NCBI GenBank assembly: GCA_027491335.1
Contig: JAIXWJ010000008.1
Coordinates: forward strand, 54,597 to 118,596
From: Actinomycetes bacterium
Lineage (GTDB): Bacteria > Actinomycetota > Acidimicrobiia > Acidimicrobiales > Ilumatobacteraceae
Direction: 5' to 3'
DNA: 64,000 bases
Shown: positions 9,890 to 19,469 of the stretch, piece after piece
How positions within the stretch are numbered: the first letter of the stretch is position 1
How the letters are laid out: every line of letters begins with the position of its first letter
Position numbers and translations under genes: made by a program
Notes under the pieces: generated by a model
Told to the model about the DNA's origin: nothing
Databases searched by the model: none
The model's input: only the letters and a program-made list of their open reading frames with translations

Positions 9890-11165
9890 GGGCGGGTCGA
9901 CGAACGCATCGGGTTGGCAACAACTGGTCGACGGTGTCGAATTGCCGTTCCATCCCGATCTCGTCGTGCCGACTCTGCACGAGGTGCGGCTGGCCATCCC
10001 GAATCCCGAGCCGGTGGCCGATGTCGCCGAGGCCGCCCGAACGGCCGTGACCTCCGCGTTGCGGTCCTCGGTGACCCCGGGCATGACCGTGGCGGTCGGT
10101 GGAGGCAGTCGTGGTCTCACGCAGCGCGTCGATCTGTTGCGCGGCACCATTCGGGGATTGCGCGAACTCGGGGCCGAACCTTTCGTGGTGCCGGCGATGG
10201 GAAGTCACGGCGGTGGCACCGCCGAGGGACAGTTGAAGATGTTGGAATCGCTGGGCATGACCGAGGAGTCCGTGGGTGCCGAGATTCGCGCCACCATGGC
10301 CACGGTCGAGGTGGCCCGCACCGCGTCGGGGATGCCCATTTACTTGGATGAGCACGCGGCCGCCGCCGATCGCATCCTGCCCGTGAATCGCATCAAGCCG
10401 CACACGTGTTTCAAGGGGCCGATCGAGAGTGGCTGCACCAAGATGGCCGTCGTCGGTTTCGGCAAGCAGCCGGGCGCCGCACAGATTCACTCGTGCGGAC
10501 CCACCGAGATGCGCGAGCGATTGATGGACGGCATCGTCGCGTTGCGCGCCACGGGACGCTTGCTCGGCGGAATCTCGTCGCTGGAGTCCGCGGGCGGAAA
10601 CGTGGTCGACGTTGGTGGTCTCACGGCCGACGACGTGGGAGGTGAGGCCGAGCGTCGCCTCACCGAACGCGCGCGCGAACTCGTGCCGCCTTTGCCCTTC
10701 GATGAGATCGACGTGCTCATCATCGAGCGCGGAGGCAAGGACATTTCGGGCACCACCATGGACCCCAACGTGACCGGTCGCTACTGGGTGCACGGCCTGG
10801 ACGATCTGGCGTCGCCGAAGGTGGCCACCATCGTGCTGCTCGGCATCACCGACGTGTCGGCCGGCAACGTGTTGGGTATCGGTCTCGCGGACTTCATCCC
10901 GGTGGACGTTGCCACCCGCATCGATTGGCAAAAGACCTACCTGAACTGTTTCACGGCCGGCCCGTCGGGGGTGCGTCGCGCGCGCATGCCGATGGTGCTA
11001 CCCGATGAACACGCGTGCGTGAAGGCGGCGCTCAGCATGTGCGGCAAGGGAGTGGGCGAACCCAAGCGGGTGGTGCGTATTCGTTCGACGCTCCACCTCA
11101 CGTCGTGTTGGGTGAGCGAGGCGTTGCTGGGCGAGCTCCCGCCCGGCGCGACCGTGATCGATTGA
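9888..11165 (+). CDS. LarA-like (lactate racemase N-terminal domain / DUF2088) family protein
   Basis: 425 aa. The segments VVPAMGSHGG and NRIKPHTCFKGPIESGCTKMAV align by eye to LarA ATGFHR and ESHFFAGFSGGRK (two His plus Lys). The assignment is from memory of the LarA sequence and has not been searched. Confidence 0.5.
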   Translation: MGGSTNASGWQQLVDGVELPFHPDLVVPTLHEVRLAIPNPEPVADVAEAARTAVTSALRSSVTPGMTVAVGGGSRGLTQRVDLLRGTIRGLRELGAEPFVVPAMGSHGGGTAEGQLKMLESLGMTEESVGAEIRATMATVEVARTASGMPIYLDEHAAAADRILPVNRIKPHTCFKGPIESGCTKMAVVGFGKQPGAAQIHSCGPTEMRERLMDGIVALRATGRLLGGISSLESAGGNVVDVGGLTADDVGGEAERRLTERARELVPPLPFDEIDVLIIERGGKDISGTTMDPNVTGRYWVHGLDDLASPKVATIVLLGITDVSAGNVLGIGLADFIPVDVATRIDWQKTYLNCFTAGPSGVRRARMPMVLPDEHACVKAALSMCGKGVGEPKRVVRIRSTLHLTSCWVSEALLGELPPGATVID

Positions 11166-11181
11166 ACGATCGCCCGCTCGA

Positions 11182-11976
11182 TCAGCGGTCGTAGCGACGC
11201 AGGCCCGTGAGGGCGAAGATCGTGCTGACGACGAACATCGCCGCCATCGCCACCAGGCCGCCCCACGTTTGAGCCCAGGTGATGTCGCCGAGGAATCCCT
11301 GTCGGGCGAAGCGCAGGATGTTGGTCATCGGATTGATGCGAGCACAGGCGCGCAACCAACCACTCATTTCCGACAGGGGAACCTGTGACGTCGACAGGAA
11401 GATGCCGAAGAAGATGGCGAACTGAGTGAGGGTGGCCGCCCCCATGTTGCGCATGCGGAAGGTGAGGCCGAGCGCGAGTCCGCACGCGCTCAGGGCCACC
11501 ATCACCGAGGCCACGACGACCATCAAGATGGCCAGCGGTCCGCCGGGAGTGTGCAGGCCGCCGAGGAAACTGACGAGAATCACGAACGTCACGGGCACGA
11601 CGCTGCGCGCGATGGCGGCGGCGTACGACCCGAACACGATCACCGATCGACGCATGGGGGCCATCAACACGCGGTCGAAGAAACCGGTCTCCATGTCGTT
11701 GAGCAAACCGAAACTGACGCCCAACGCACCGAAGCTGGCGCCCTGAATCGCGTTGAGTGGCATGTACCAGTTCATGGGATCGATGTCGAGCAGTCGCACC
11801 GCGGCACCGAAAGCTCCGCTGAACGCGATCAATTGGAAGACCGGCATGATGAGCGACGGAATGAACGCCGATGGCATGCGGCGAACGCGCAGGAGGGTGC
11901 GGTTCACCAAGGCGCCGACCACCTCGATGGAGCGGGCGTTGGCGTCGTGGCGACGGGGTTCGACGACGGTGCTCAT
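11182..11976 (-). CDS. ABC-2 type transporter permease
   Basis: Uses the internal ATG (MSTVVEPRRH...) of ORF 11182..12768. About 6 TM segments. ATGA overlap with the upstream permease stop. Confidence 0.8.
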   Translation of the reverse strand: MSTVVEPRRHDANARSIEVVGALVNRTLLRVRRMPSAFIPSLIMPVFQLIAFSGAFGAAVRLLDIDPMNWYMPLNAIQGASFGALGVSFGLLNDMETGFFDRVLMAPMRRSVIVFGSYAAAIARSVVPVTFVILVSFLGGLHTPGGPLAILMVVVASVMVALSACGLALGLTFRMRNMGAATLTQFAIFFGIFLSTSQVPLSEMSGWLRACARINPMTNILRFARQGFLGDITWAQTWGGLVAMAAMFVVSTIFALTGLRRYDR

Positions 11977-12761
11977 GACGCGGCCAATCTCTTGTTGAGC
12001 GAACGCAGTGCGAACGCGATGCCCACGATCGCAATGGCGAGAGGAATCAGCCACGCCTTCACGAACTGGTCGGCGGCCAGATCGTGGTTCATGAATCCCT
12101 GCATGCCTTCCACGATGTGCGACATCGGGTTCCAGTCGGCGACGGTGCGATACCAGCCGGTCATGTAGTGGCGAGGGAAGAAGGCCGACGAGAGAAACAA
12201 CAACACGAACACGAGGGGAAAGGAGCCCTGTACCACTTCCGGACTTCCGGATTTGATCGCGATGCCGGCCATGAGGCCCGCCATGGCGAGACCGAGAAGT
12301 GCGCCGGACACGATGAGCCCGATCACTCCCAACGGTCCGCTCTCGACGCGCGCTCCGAACAACACGAAGAGCGTCATGAACACCACGACCTGGGTGACGC
12401 CGACCACCATGCTGGCGGCGAGGCGACCGAGCACGATCGACACGCGCGAGATGGGCGAAGCGAGAAGGCGCTCGAAGAAACCTTGCTCGATGTCGGTGGC
12501 CAGATCGCCGGCCGCCGAGGTGGCGCCGAAGAGAACGCCCTGCACGACCGCACCGGCCACGGCGTAGTTGAGGAACGACGAGGCGATGTTCTCGCTGAAG
12601 TACGGATCCTGGGCCAAGCGATTGAAACTGGCCGAGCCGAGTGCGGCGAAGAACAACGGGAAGATGAACGCCGGAGCGAGTGCCGCCGGCTGTCGCAAAC
12701 GACCGCGCACACTGCGCTTGGTCAGTTGGGTGCTGTGAGTGATCGCGGTGGCGATGCTCAC
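11973..12761 (-). CDS. ABC-2 type transporter permease (second subunit)
   Basis: GTG start (VSIATAITHSTQL...) inside ORF 11973..13175, with a GTGA overlap onto the ATPase stop. Multi-pass hydrophobic protein. Confidence 0.8.
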   Translation of the reverse strand: MSIATAITHSTQLTKRSVRGRLRQPAALAPAFIFPLFFAALGSASFNRLAQDPYFSENIASSFLNYAVAGAVVQGVLFGATSAAGDLATDIEQGFFERLLASPISRVSIVLGRLAASMVVGVTQVVVFMTLFVLFGARVESGPLGVIGLIVSGALLGLAMAGLMAGIAIKSGSPEVVQGSFPLVFVLLFLSSAFFPRHYMTGWYRTVADWNPMSHIVEGMQGFMNHDLAADQFVKAWLIPLAIAIVGIAFALRSLNKRLAAS

Positions 12762-13711
12762 TGTGCACCTTCGAGGCGGTGTCCGGTGGCCTCGGCGAAC
12801 ACGTCGTCGAGGCTGGGTTCGTTCAGTTCGAGGTGACGCACCTTGATGCCCGCTTCGTCGAGAGCTCGCACGACCGCGGCCACGTCCTCGGCTCCGCGCG
12901 CGAGCCCGACACCGAGCGTGCCCTCGGCCGAGGGACGCAGTTCGCCGAAGCGAGCCAGGGTCGAACGCGCGGAATCGTTGTGGGTTTGATCGACGCTCAC
13001 GAACAACGTGGGTGAACCGACTTGGGCCTTCAGATCGCGGGGAACTCCGGCACGAACGATGCGACCATGGTCGACGATCGCGATGCGGTCGGCCAGCTGG
13101 TCGGCCTCCTCGAGATACTGCGTGGTGAGCAACACGGTGGTGCCGGCTTGGTTCAAGCGGCGCACTTCCTCCCACAACGTGAGACGGCTCATCGGATCGA
13201 GACCGGTGGTGGGTTCGTCGAGGAACAACACCGTCGGCTCGTGCACCAACGACAACGCCAGGTCGAGGCGGCGACGCATGCCGCCCGAGTAGGTGCCGAC
13301 GCGACGCTCGGCGGCCGCGGTCAAGCCCACGCGCTCGAGCAGTTCGTCACCGCGCGCTCGTCCGTTGGTCTTGGACAGCCCGTAGAGCACGGCTTGCAGA
13401 TTCAGCAGTTCGCGTCCGGTCATGAGCGGATCGATGGCCGCGTCCTGGAGGGCGACACCGATGGAACGACGAACCTTGTCGGCTTCTTTCACCACGTCGA
13501 AACCCGCCACCAGTGCCGAGCCCGAGGTGGGCTTCAGGAGGGTCGTGAGCATGCGCACGATCGTGCTCTTGCCGGCGCCGTTCGGGCCGAGCAGGCCGAA
13601 GATCTCGCCCGTGCGCACTTCGAGGTCGACGCCGTCGACGGCTTTGACGATGTTGTCACCCGTGCCGAAGTGGCGGACCAGTTCGCGGGCGACGATGGGG
13701 GAGGAAGTCAC
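12758..13711 (-). CDS. ABC transporter ATP-binding protein (DrrA/daunorubicin-resistance-like exporter ATPase)
   Basis: 317 aa with Walker A GPNGAGKST, signature YSGGMRRRL and Walker B LFLDEPTTGLD. The GTG start lies 8 nt after TAGAGT. Confidence 0.92.
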   Translation of the reverse strand: MTSSPIVARELVRHFGTGDNIVKAVDGVDLEVRTGEIFGLLGPNGAGKSTIVRMLTTLLKPTSGSALVAGFDVVKEADKVRRSIGVALQDAAIDPLMTGRELLNLQAVLYGLSKTNGRARGDELLERVGLTAAAERRVGTYSGGMRRRLDLALSLVHEPTVLFLDEPTTGLDPMSRLTLWEEVRRLNQAGTTVLLTTQYLEEADQLADRIAIVDHGRIVRAGVPRDLKAQVGSPTLFVSVDQTHNDSARSTLARFGELRPSAEGTLGVGLARGAEDVAAVVRALDEAGIKVRHLELNEPSLDDVFAEATGHRLEGAQ

Positions 13712-13715
13712 GAGT

Positions 13716-13728
13716 TTGTACTCTACAA
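13716..13728. promoter_or_regulatory. Palindrome TTGTA-CTC-TACAA centred on the putative -10 (TAGAGT) of the ABC exporter operon
   Basis: Read directly from the sequence, in an AT-rich island inside a GC-rich intergenic region. No regulator gene is adjacent. Confidence 0.35.
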
Positions 13729-13781
13729 GTTATTGCGGCACGACGGGACACGACTTTCGTCCCACGGCGAACGCGACGTGA

Positions 13782-16070
13782 CTACTTGGCGGCGTTGATG
13801 GCCTGCCACACGCGCTCGGCGGTGCAGGGCATTTCGATGTGACGCACTCCGAGGTGCGCCACCGCGTCGACCACGGCCGACTGAATGGCCGGGGTGGAAC
13901 CGATGGTTCCCGACTCGCCGATTCCCTTGGCGCCGATGGCGTTCACCGGGGTCGGTGTCTCCATGTGCACCACCTCGACGCTGGGCAGCTCGGCGGCCGA
14001 GATGAAGCCGTAGTCGGCCAGGTTCGACGTGGTGGGGTTGCCGTCGGCGTCGTAGAGCACCTCTTCGAGAAGAGCCTGCGCCACGCCCTGGGCCACACCA
14101 CCGTGAATCTGTCCGTCGAGCAACATCGGGTTGAGCACCTTGCCGGCGTCGTCGCAGGCCACCTGACGCAGGTGCTTCACGCGCCCGGTCTCGGTGTCCA
14201 CTTCGACCACGGCCACGTGAGCTCCGAAGGGGAACGTGGCGCCAGGGACGCCGATGACCTCGTCGTGCAGCAGACCGCCGTTGCCCTTCTCGGCCGCGGC
14301 CAGATCGGCCCACGACTTGGACAACGCCGGGGTGCCCGCGACGTGGAACACGCCGCGACCCTTGTCGAGCACGACGTCGGCTTCGTTGGCCTCGAGCAAA
14401 CGCGCGGCCACGGCCTTGGCCTTCTCGGAGAGAATTCCCGCCACTTGGAACACGGCGTTTCCGCCCTGCTGCAACGAGCGCGAACCCATGGTGCCGGTTC
14501 CGATCGGAACGAGATCGGTGTCGCCCCAGACGAGTTCGACCTTGTCCATGGGGATGCCGGTCTGCTCCTGCACGAGCATCGACCACGCGGTGTCGTGACC
14601 TTGGCCGTGCGGTGAGGTGCCGGTGTACACGATGGCCCGACCGTCCTCGGTGACTTCCACCTTGGCGGACTCGCCGTTGCCGACGCCACCGGTGATCTCC
14701 ACGTACACGCTCACGCCGATGCCGATCTGCTTCACGTCACCGCTGGCACGACGCTTGGCCTGCTCGGCGCGCAAGGCCGTGTAGTCGGCGGCCACGAGGG
14801 CCTTGTCGAGAGCGGTTTCGTAGTCGCCCACGTCGTAGGTCTGACCAACGACGGTGGTGTGCGGCTCCAAGAACTTGGGGATGAGGTTGATGCGACGCAC
14901 CTCGGCGGCATCCATGCCGATCTCGGCGGCGAAGATGTCCATGGCGCGCTCGATGGCCGCGGTGGCCTCGGGGCGACCGGCACCGCGATACGCCACGGTG
15001 GGCGTCGTGTTGGTGATCACCGACGTGGTGCGGCACTCGATGTTGGGAATGGCGTACACGCCGCTCGACATCGGACGGGTCATGAACGGGGCGAGGATGG
15101 TGCCCATGTCGGCGAAACCGCCGCAGTCCTGAATGGCGTGCAACTGGTAGTGCGTCACCTTGCCGGCCTTGGTGCCACCAATGGTGACGTACTGCAACTG
15201 CGCACGACCGTGGCCGAGAGCGACCATCGACTCGCTGCGGGTCTCGCGCCACTTCATGGGGCGACCGACCTTCTTGGCGATGACGCCGAGCAACAACTCC
15301 TCGCCGTACGCGCCGATCTTGGCGCCGAATCCGCCGCCCACGTCGGGGGTGCGCACGCGAATCATGGACGCATCGACGCCGTTGGCCGCGGCCAACGGGG
15401 CCACGGCACCCTGGGCGTGCTGGGTGGACAACCACTGATTCAAACGACCATCGGCGCCCCACGCGGCGGCCGCACCGCGAACCTCCAGCGGGCACGGAGC
15501 CACGCGCTGGTTCATGAAGCGACCCGACACCTTGACTTCGCATCCGGCGAAGAACGCGTCGCCGGTGTTCTCGGGGATGCCGAGCGCGGTGGTGTCGAAC
15601 ACCACGTTGCTGCCGGCGCTCTCGTAGACGAGCGTCGAAGCCGCCATGGCCGCCTCGACGTCGACGAACGCCTCGAGCACGTCGTAATCCACGATCACGG
15701 CCTCGGCCGCGTCGACGCCTTCTTCGCGAGTCTCCGAGACGATGGCGGCCAAGGGCTCGCCCACGTAACGAACCTTGTCGCTGGCCAGCAACGTGCGCGC
15801 CACCATCGGATTGAACGGAGCCGGAACCGGCTGCAGTCCGAGGGATTCGGCGGTGAACACCGCGACGACTCCGGGCATGCCCTCGGCATCGGCGGTGTCG
15901 ATCGACAGGATGCGACCATGCGCAACCGACGAACGCACGTAGGTGACGTGCAGCGCGCCCTGCAACAACGGCTCGTCGTACAGATCGTCGACGTACTTGC
16001 CGCCCGAGGTGAGGAACTTGGGATCTTCCTTGCGAAGAACCCGGTTACCGAGAATGCTGCCACCGGTCAT
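13782..16070 (-). CDS. Molybdenum hydroxylase large (molybdopterin-binding) subunit, form-II CoxL-like
   Basis: 762 aa with an aldehyde oxidase/xanthine dehydrogenase a/b hammerhead and MoCo-binding domains. Carries the VAYRGAGRPEA motif (form-II AYRGAGR rather than form-I AYxCSFR). ATG preceded by AAGGGGG. Confidence 0.9.
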   Translation of the reverse strand: MTGGSILGNRVLRKEDPKFLTSGGKYVDDLYDEPLLQGALHVTYVRSSVAHGRILSIDTADAEGMPGVVAVFTAESLGLQPVPAPFNPMVARTLLASDKVRYVGEPLAAIVSETREEGVDAAEAVIVDYDVLEAFVDVEAAMAASTLVYESAGSNVVFDTTALGIPENTGDAFFAGCEVKVSGRFMNQRVAPCPLEVRGAAAAWGADGRLNQWLSTQHAQGAVAPLAAANGVDASMIRVRTPDVGGGFGAKIGAYGEELLLGVIAKKVGRPMKWRETRSESMVALGHGRAQLQYVTIGGTKAGKVTHYQLHAIQDCGGFADMGTILAPFMTRPMSSGVYAIPNIECRTTSVITNTTPTVAYRGAGRPEATAAIERAMDIFAAEIGMDAAEVRRINLIPKFLEPHTTVVGQTYDVGDYETALDKALVAADYTALRAEQAKRRASGDVKQIGIGVSVYVEITGGVGNGESAKVEVTEDGRAIVYTGTSPHGQGHDTAWSMLVQEQTGIPMDKVELVWGDTDLVPIGTGTMGSRSLQQGGNAVFQVAGILSEKAKAVAARLLEANEADVVLDKGRGVFHVAGTPALSKSWADLAAAEKGNGGLLHDEVIGVPGATFPFGAHVAVVEVDTETGRVKHLRQVACDDAGKVLNPMLLDGQIHGGVAQGVAQALLEEVLYDADGNPTTSNLADYGFISAAELPSVEVVHMETPTPVNAIGAKGIGESGTIGSTPAIQSAVVDAVAHLGVRHIEMPCTAERVWQAINAAK

Positions 16071-16085
16071 GGTGGACCCCCTTAT

Positions 16086-16124
16086 GTCGAGAATTTCCGT
16101 GTCGAGAATTTCCGTGTCGAATCC
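16086..16124. repeat. Tandem direct repeat, 15-bp unit GTCGAGAATTTCCGT x2 exact plus a partial third copy, 16 bp upstream of the coxL-like start
   Basis: Exact copies at 16086-16100 and 16101-16115; degenerate copy GTCGAATCC at 16116-16124. AT-rich relative to its surroundings. Confidence 0.9.
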
Positions 16125-16173
16125 TGTCCCGACACTAGCCCCCGATCCGGCGCGCCTTCACGGTCGGGACGGG

Positions 16174-16731
16174 TCAGGGCAGCGGTTCGATCTCGACGGT
16201 GGTCACGGGCGGACCGTCCGACTCCACCTCGCTGGTCGCCTTGGCCGCGGCCTCGTTCGCCCGTACCGTCACGATCTGGGTGACCAGGTCGTAGGGCCAC
16301 CCGATGGGTAGGTCGATGGGGGCCTGGGCATCGCCCACGATCTGCTGGCGTCGCTCGCCCGCCATGACGAACCCCAATTCGTCACGGGCGGCATCTTCGA
16401 TGCCGGCCGGGGTGTTCAAGCGGTCCACCTCGGTCTGCAGTTCGTCGGTGGCGCGCTTGATCGTTTCGAGCTCCTCGGTGCGAGCCCCGATTTCCTCGCG
16501 TTGGCCCAGCCACGAGGTGGCGGGAAGCACGAGGAACGAGTTTCCGAAGGAGATGACGATCACGACCGCACCGATGAACATCAAGGTGCGACCGACGAGC
16601 TTGGGCAGCAGTCGCTCGGACCGCGGTGTGGGGCGGGTGTGATCGGCGACGGCCTTGGTGAGACGACCGCGCTTGCGGGTCTTTCGCGTGGACGCGCGCG
16701 GGATATTGCTGGTCTTGTTGCCGCGCGCCAT
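16174..16731 (-). CDS. ftsB: Septum formation initiator family protein (FtsB/DivIC-like)
   Basis: Basic N-terminus, a single TM segment (LMFIGAVVIVISFGNSFLVL), then a coiled-coil (REEIGARTEELETIKRATDELQTEVDRL). Conserved position downstream of eno. ATG chosen at 16731 (MARGNK). Confidence 0.65.
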   Translation of the reverse strand: MARGNKTSNIPRASTRKTRKRGRLTKAVADHTRPTPRSERLLPKLVGRTLMFIGAVVIVISFGNSFLVLPATSWLGQREEIGARTEELETIKRATDELQTEVDRLNTPAGIEDAARDELGFVMAGERRQQIVGDAQAPIDLPIGWPYDLVTQIVTVRANEAAAKATSEVESDGPPVTTVEIEPLP

Positions 16732-16805
16732 CCCCACATTCTGCCGGTTCGTCGCCGGTCGTTGGTGTCACCACATCGGGCGACGTGGGTTGAGGTGGGT
16801 CGACG

Positions 16806-18095
<1,290 letters not shown>

Positions 18096-18146
18096 CTAGT
18101 GAGCGCCGAGCCTCCGAGCCCCAAGCGCCCACGTTGGTGGCGGTCA

Positions 18147-19469
18147 TCAGGTGTCGGGTGTCTCGGCGATCCGTCGACGGACATTGGTCACTTCGCGCAA
18201 CACGACCTCGGGATCCAGGTTGCGGCGTCGACACTCGGCCACCACCGCCAAGAGGAGCTCGCCCAGTTCGAGGTCGATGTCCGCGGGAAGGGGCGCGACC
18301 TCGATGGGGACTCCGGCCTTGGCCGCCTTTTTCAGCACCGCCGCCGCGTAGGCGAGTGATCCGGAGGAGGAGGGGATCCCGTCGAAGGGACCGTCGCTGA
18401 TTCCCTTGGCTTGCTTCTCGGCTCTCTTGATGGAATCCCACGACGCCACGAGGTCGGCGTCCGACTCGCCACCGAACACGTGGGGATGGCGGCGGACCAA
18501 CTTGTCGTTGATACCCCGAGCGACGTCGCCCATGGTGAATCGCCCTTGCTCCTCGGCGATCGCGGCGTGGAACTCGATCTGGTAGAGCAGATCGCCCAGC
18601 TCCTCGGCGAGGTGTTCGTCCGTGGTCGGGTCCTCGGGGTCGAGGCCCAAGATGGCGTCCACCACTTCGTGGGTCTCCTCCAGCAGGTAGGTCACGAGCG
18701 AGCGGTGTGTTTGCTCGCGGTCCCACGGGCATCGCTCGCGCAGGGTTCGGGCGAGGCGATGAAACGACACCAGTTCCGACCCGACCGGAACCTCGAGGGC
18801 CGGGATGTAGATCGACGTGAGGTGATCGGCCTCGATCGTTCGATCCAATTCGCTCCAACGAACGGAGATCACCTGCTCGTCGGGCAGGCCGAGGTGATGG
18901 AGGATCACGACGTTGCTGTCGTCGTTGGACGCGTCGATGGTGTCCTCGGCGCTCAGTTTGATCTCCGACAACACCCAATTCGCGTGACAGTGCGCGACGA
19001 GCATCGGGCCCTCGACGCCGGCGGCGGAGGTCGCGAACGTGTGCCCATCGACGAGCGTCACCGACTCCTCGATGGGATCGATTCCGAGGCGGGCCCAGGC
19101 CATCTCGAGGAATCCGATGGCCGGATTGAGCACGCACCGAATTCGTTGGTCATCGAGCAACTCGCGAACGGTGCGCTCCAGAATCAGCGGCGAACCCGGA
19201 ACCGCGTACAGGATCTCGCCATGCTCGCGCGCGGCCGCCACCAAGCGTTCCACGATGGACGAGTACACGTCGTCGAAAGAGTCGGCGGATTCGTACAGTT
19301 CGTCGAAGGTGACGGCATCACCGACGACCACGGCGCTCGGATGCACCGAGGTGCGCAGCCAACGGTGACGGTGCGCCTCGATGCGATCGAGCGTGTGTCG
19401 AGAGACGTACTCGGGACCCGCCGGACCCAGTCCGACGATCTCGACGACGGGCCGATCGGACGACGACAT
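18147..19469 (-). CDS. mazG: MazG nucleoside-triphosphate pyrophosphohydrolase fused to an N-terminal tetrapyrrole-methylase-like domain (YabN-type)
   Basis: Start MSSSDRPVVEIVGLGPAGP overlaps the upstream stop. The C-terminal half has MazG EEtHEvvdAI / EELGDLLyQI motifs. Sits between mfd and eno. Confidence 0.85.
   Translation of the reverse strand: MSSSDRPVVEIVGLGPAGPEYVSRHTLDRIEAHRHRWLRTSVHPSAVVVGDAVTFDELYESADSFDDVYSSIVERLVAAAREHGEILYAVPGSPLILERTVRELLDDQRIRCVLNPAIGFLEMAWARLGIDPIEESVTLVDGHTFATSAAGVEGPMLVAHCHANWVLSEIKLSAEDTIDASNDDSNVVILHHLGLPDEQVISVRWSELDRTIEADHLTSIYIPALEVPVGSELVSFHRLARTLRERCPWDREQTHRSLVTYLLEETHEVVDAILGLDPEDPTTDEHLAEELGDLLYQIEFHAAIAEEQGRFTMGDVARGINDKLVRRHPHVFGGESDADLVASWDSIKRAEKQAKGISDGPFDGIPSSSGSLAYAAAVLKKAAKAGVPIEVAPLPADIDLELGELLLAVVAECRRRNLDPEVVLREVTNVRRRIAETPDT

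Noticed and set aside
16086-16124. The short tandem repeats here, at 51806-51851 and at 56152-56198, considered as possible CRISPR or minisatellite arrays.
   Set aside because: There are only 2-3 copies, either with no unique spacers or with fixed short spacing, and no cas genes. They are simple duplications or paired hairpins.
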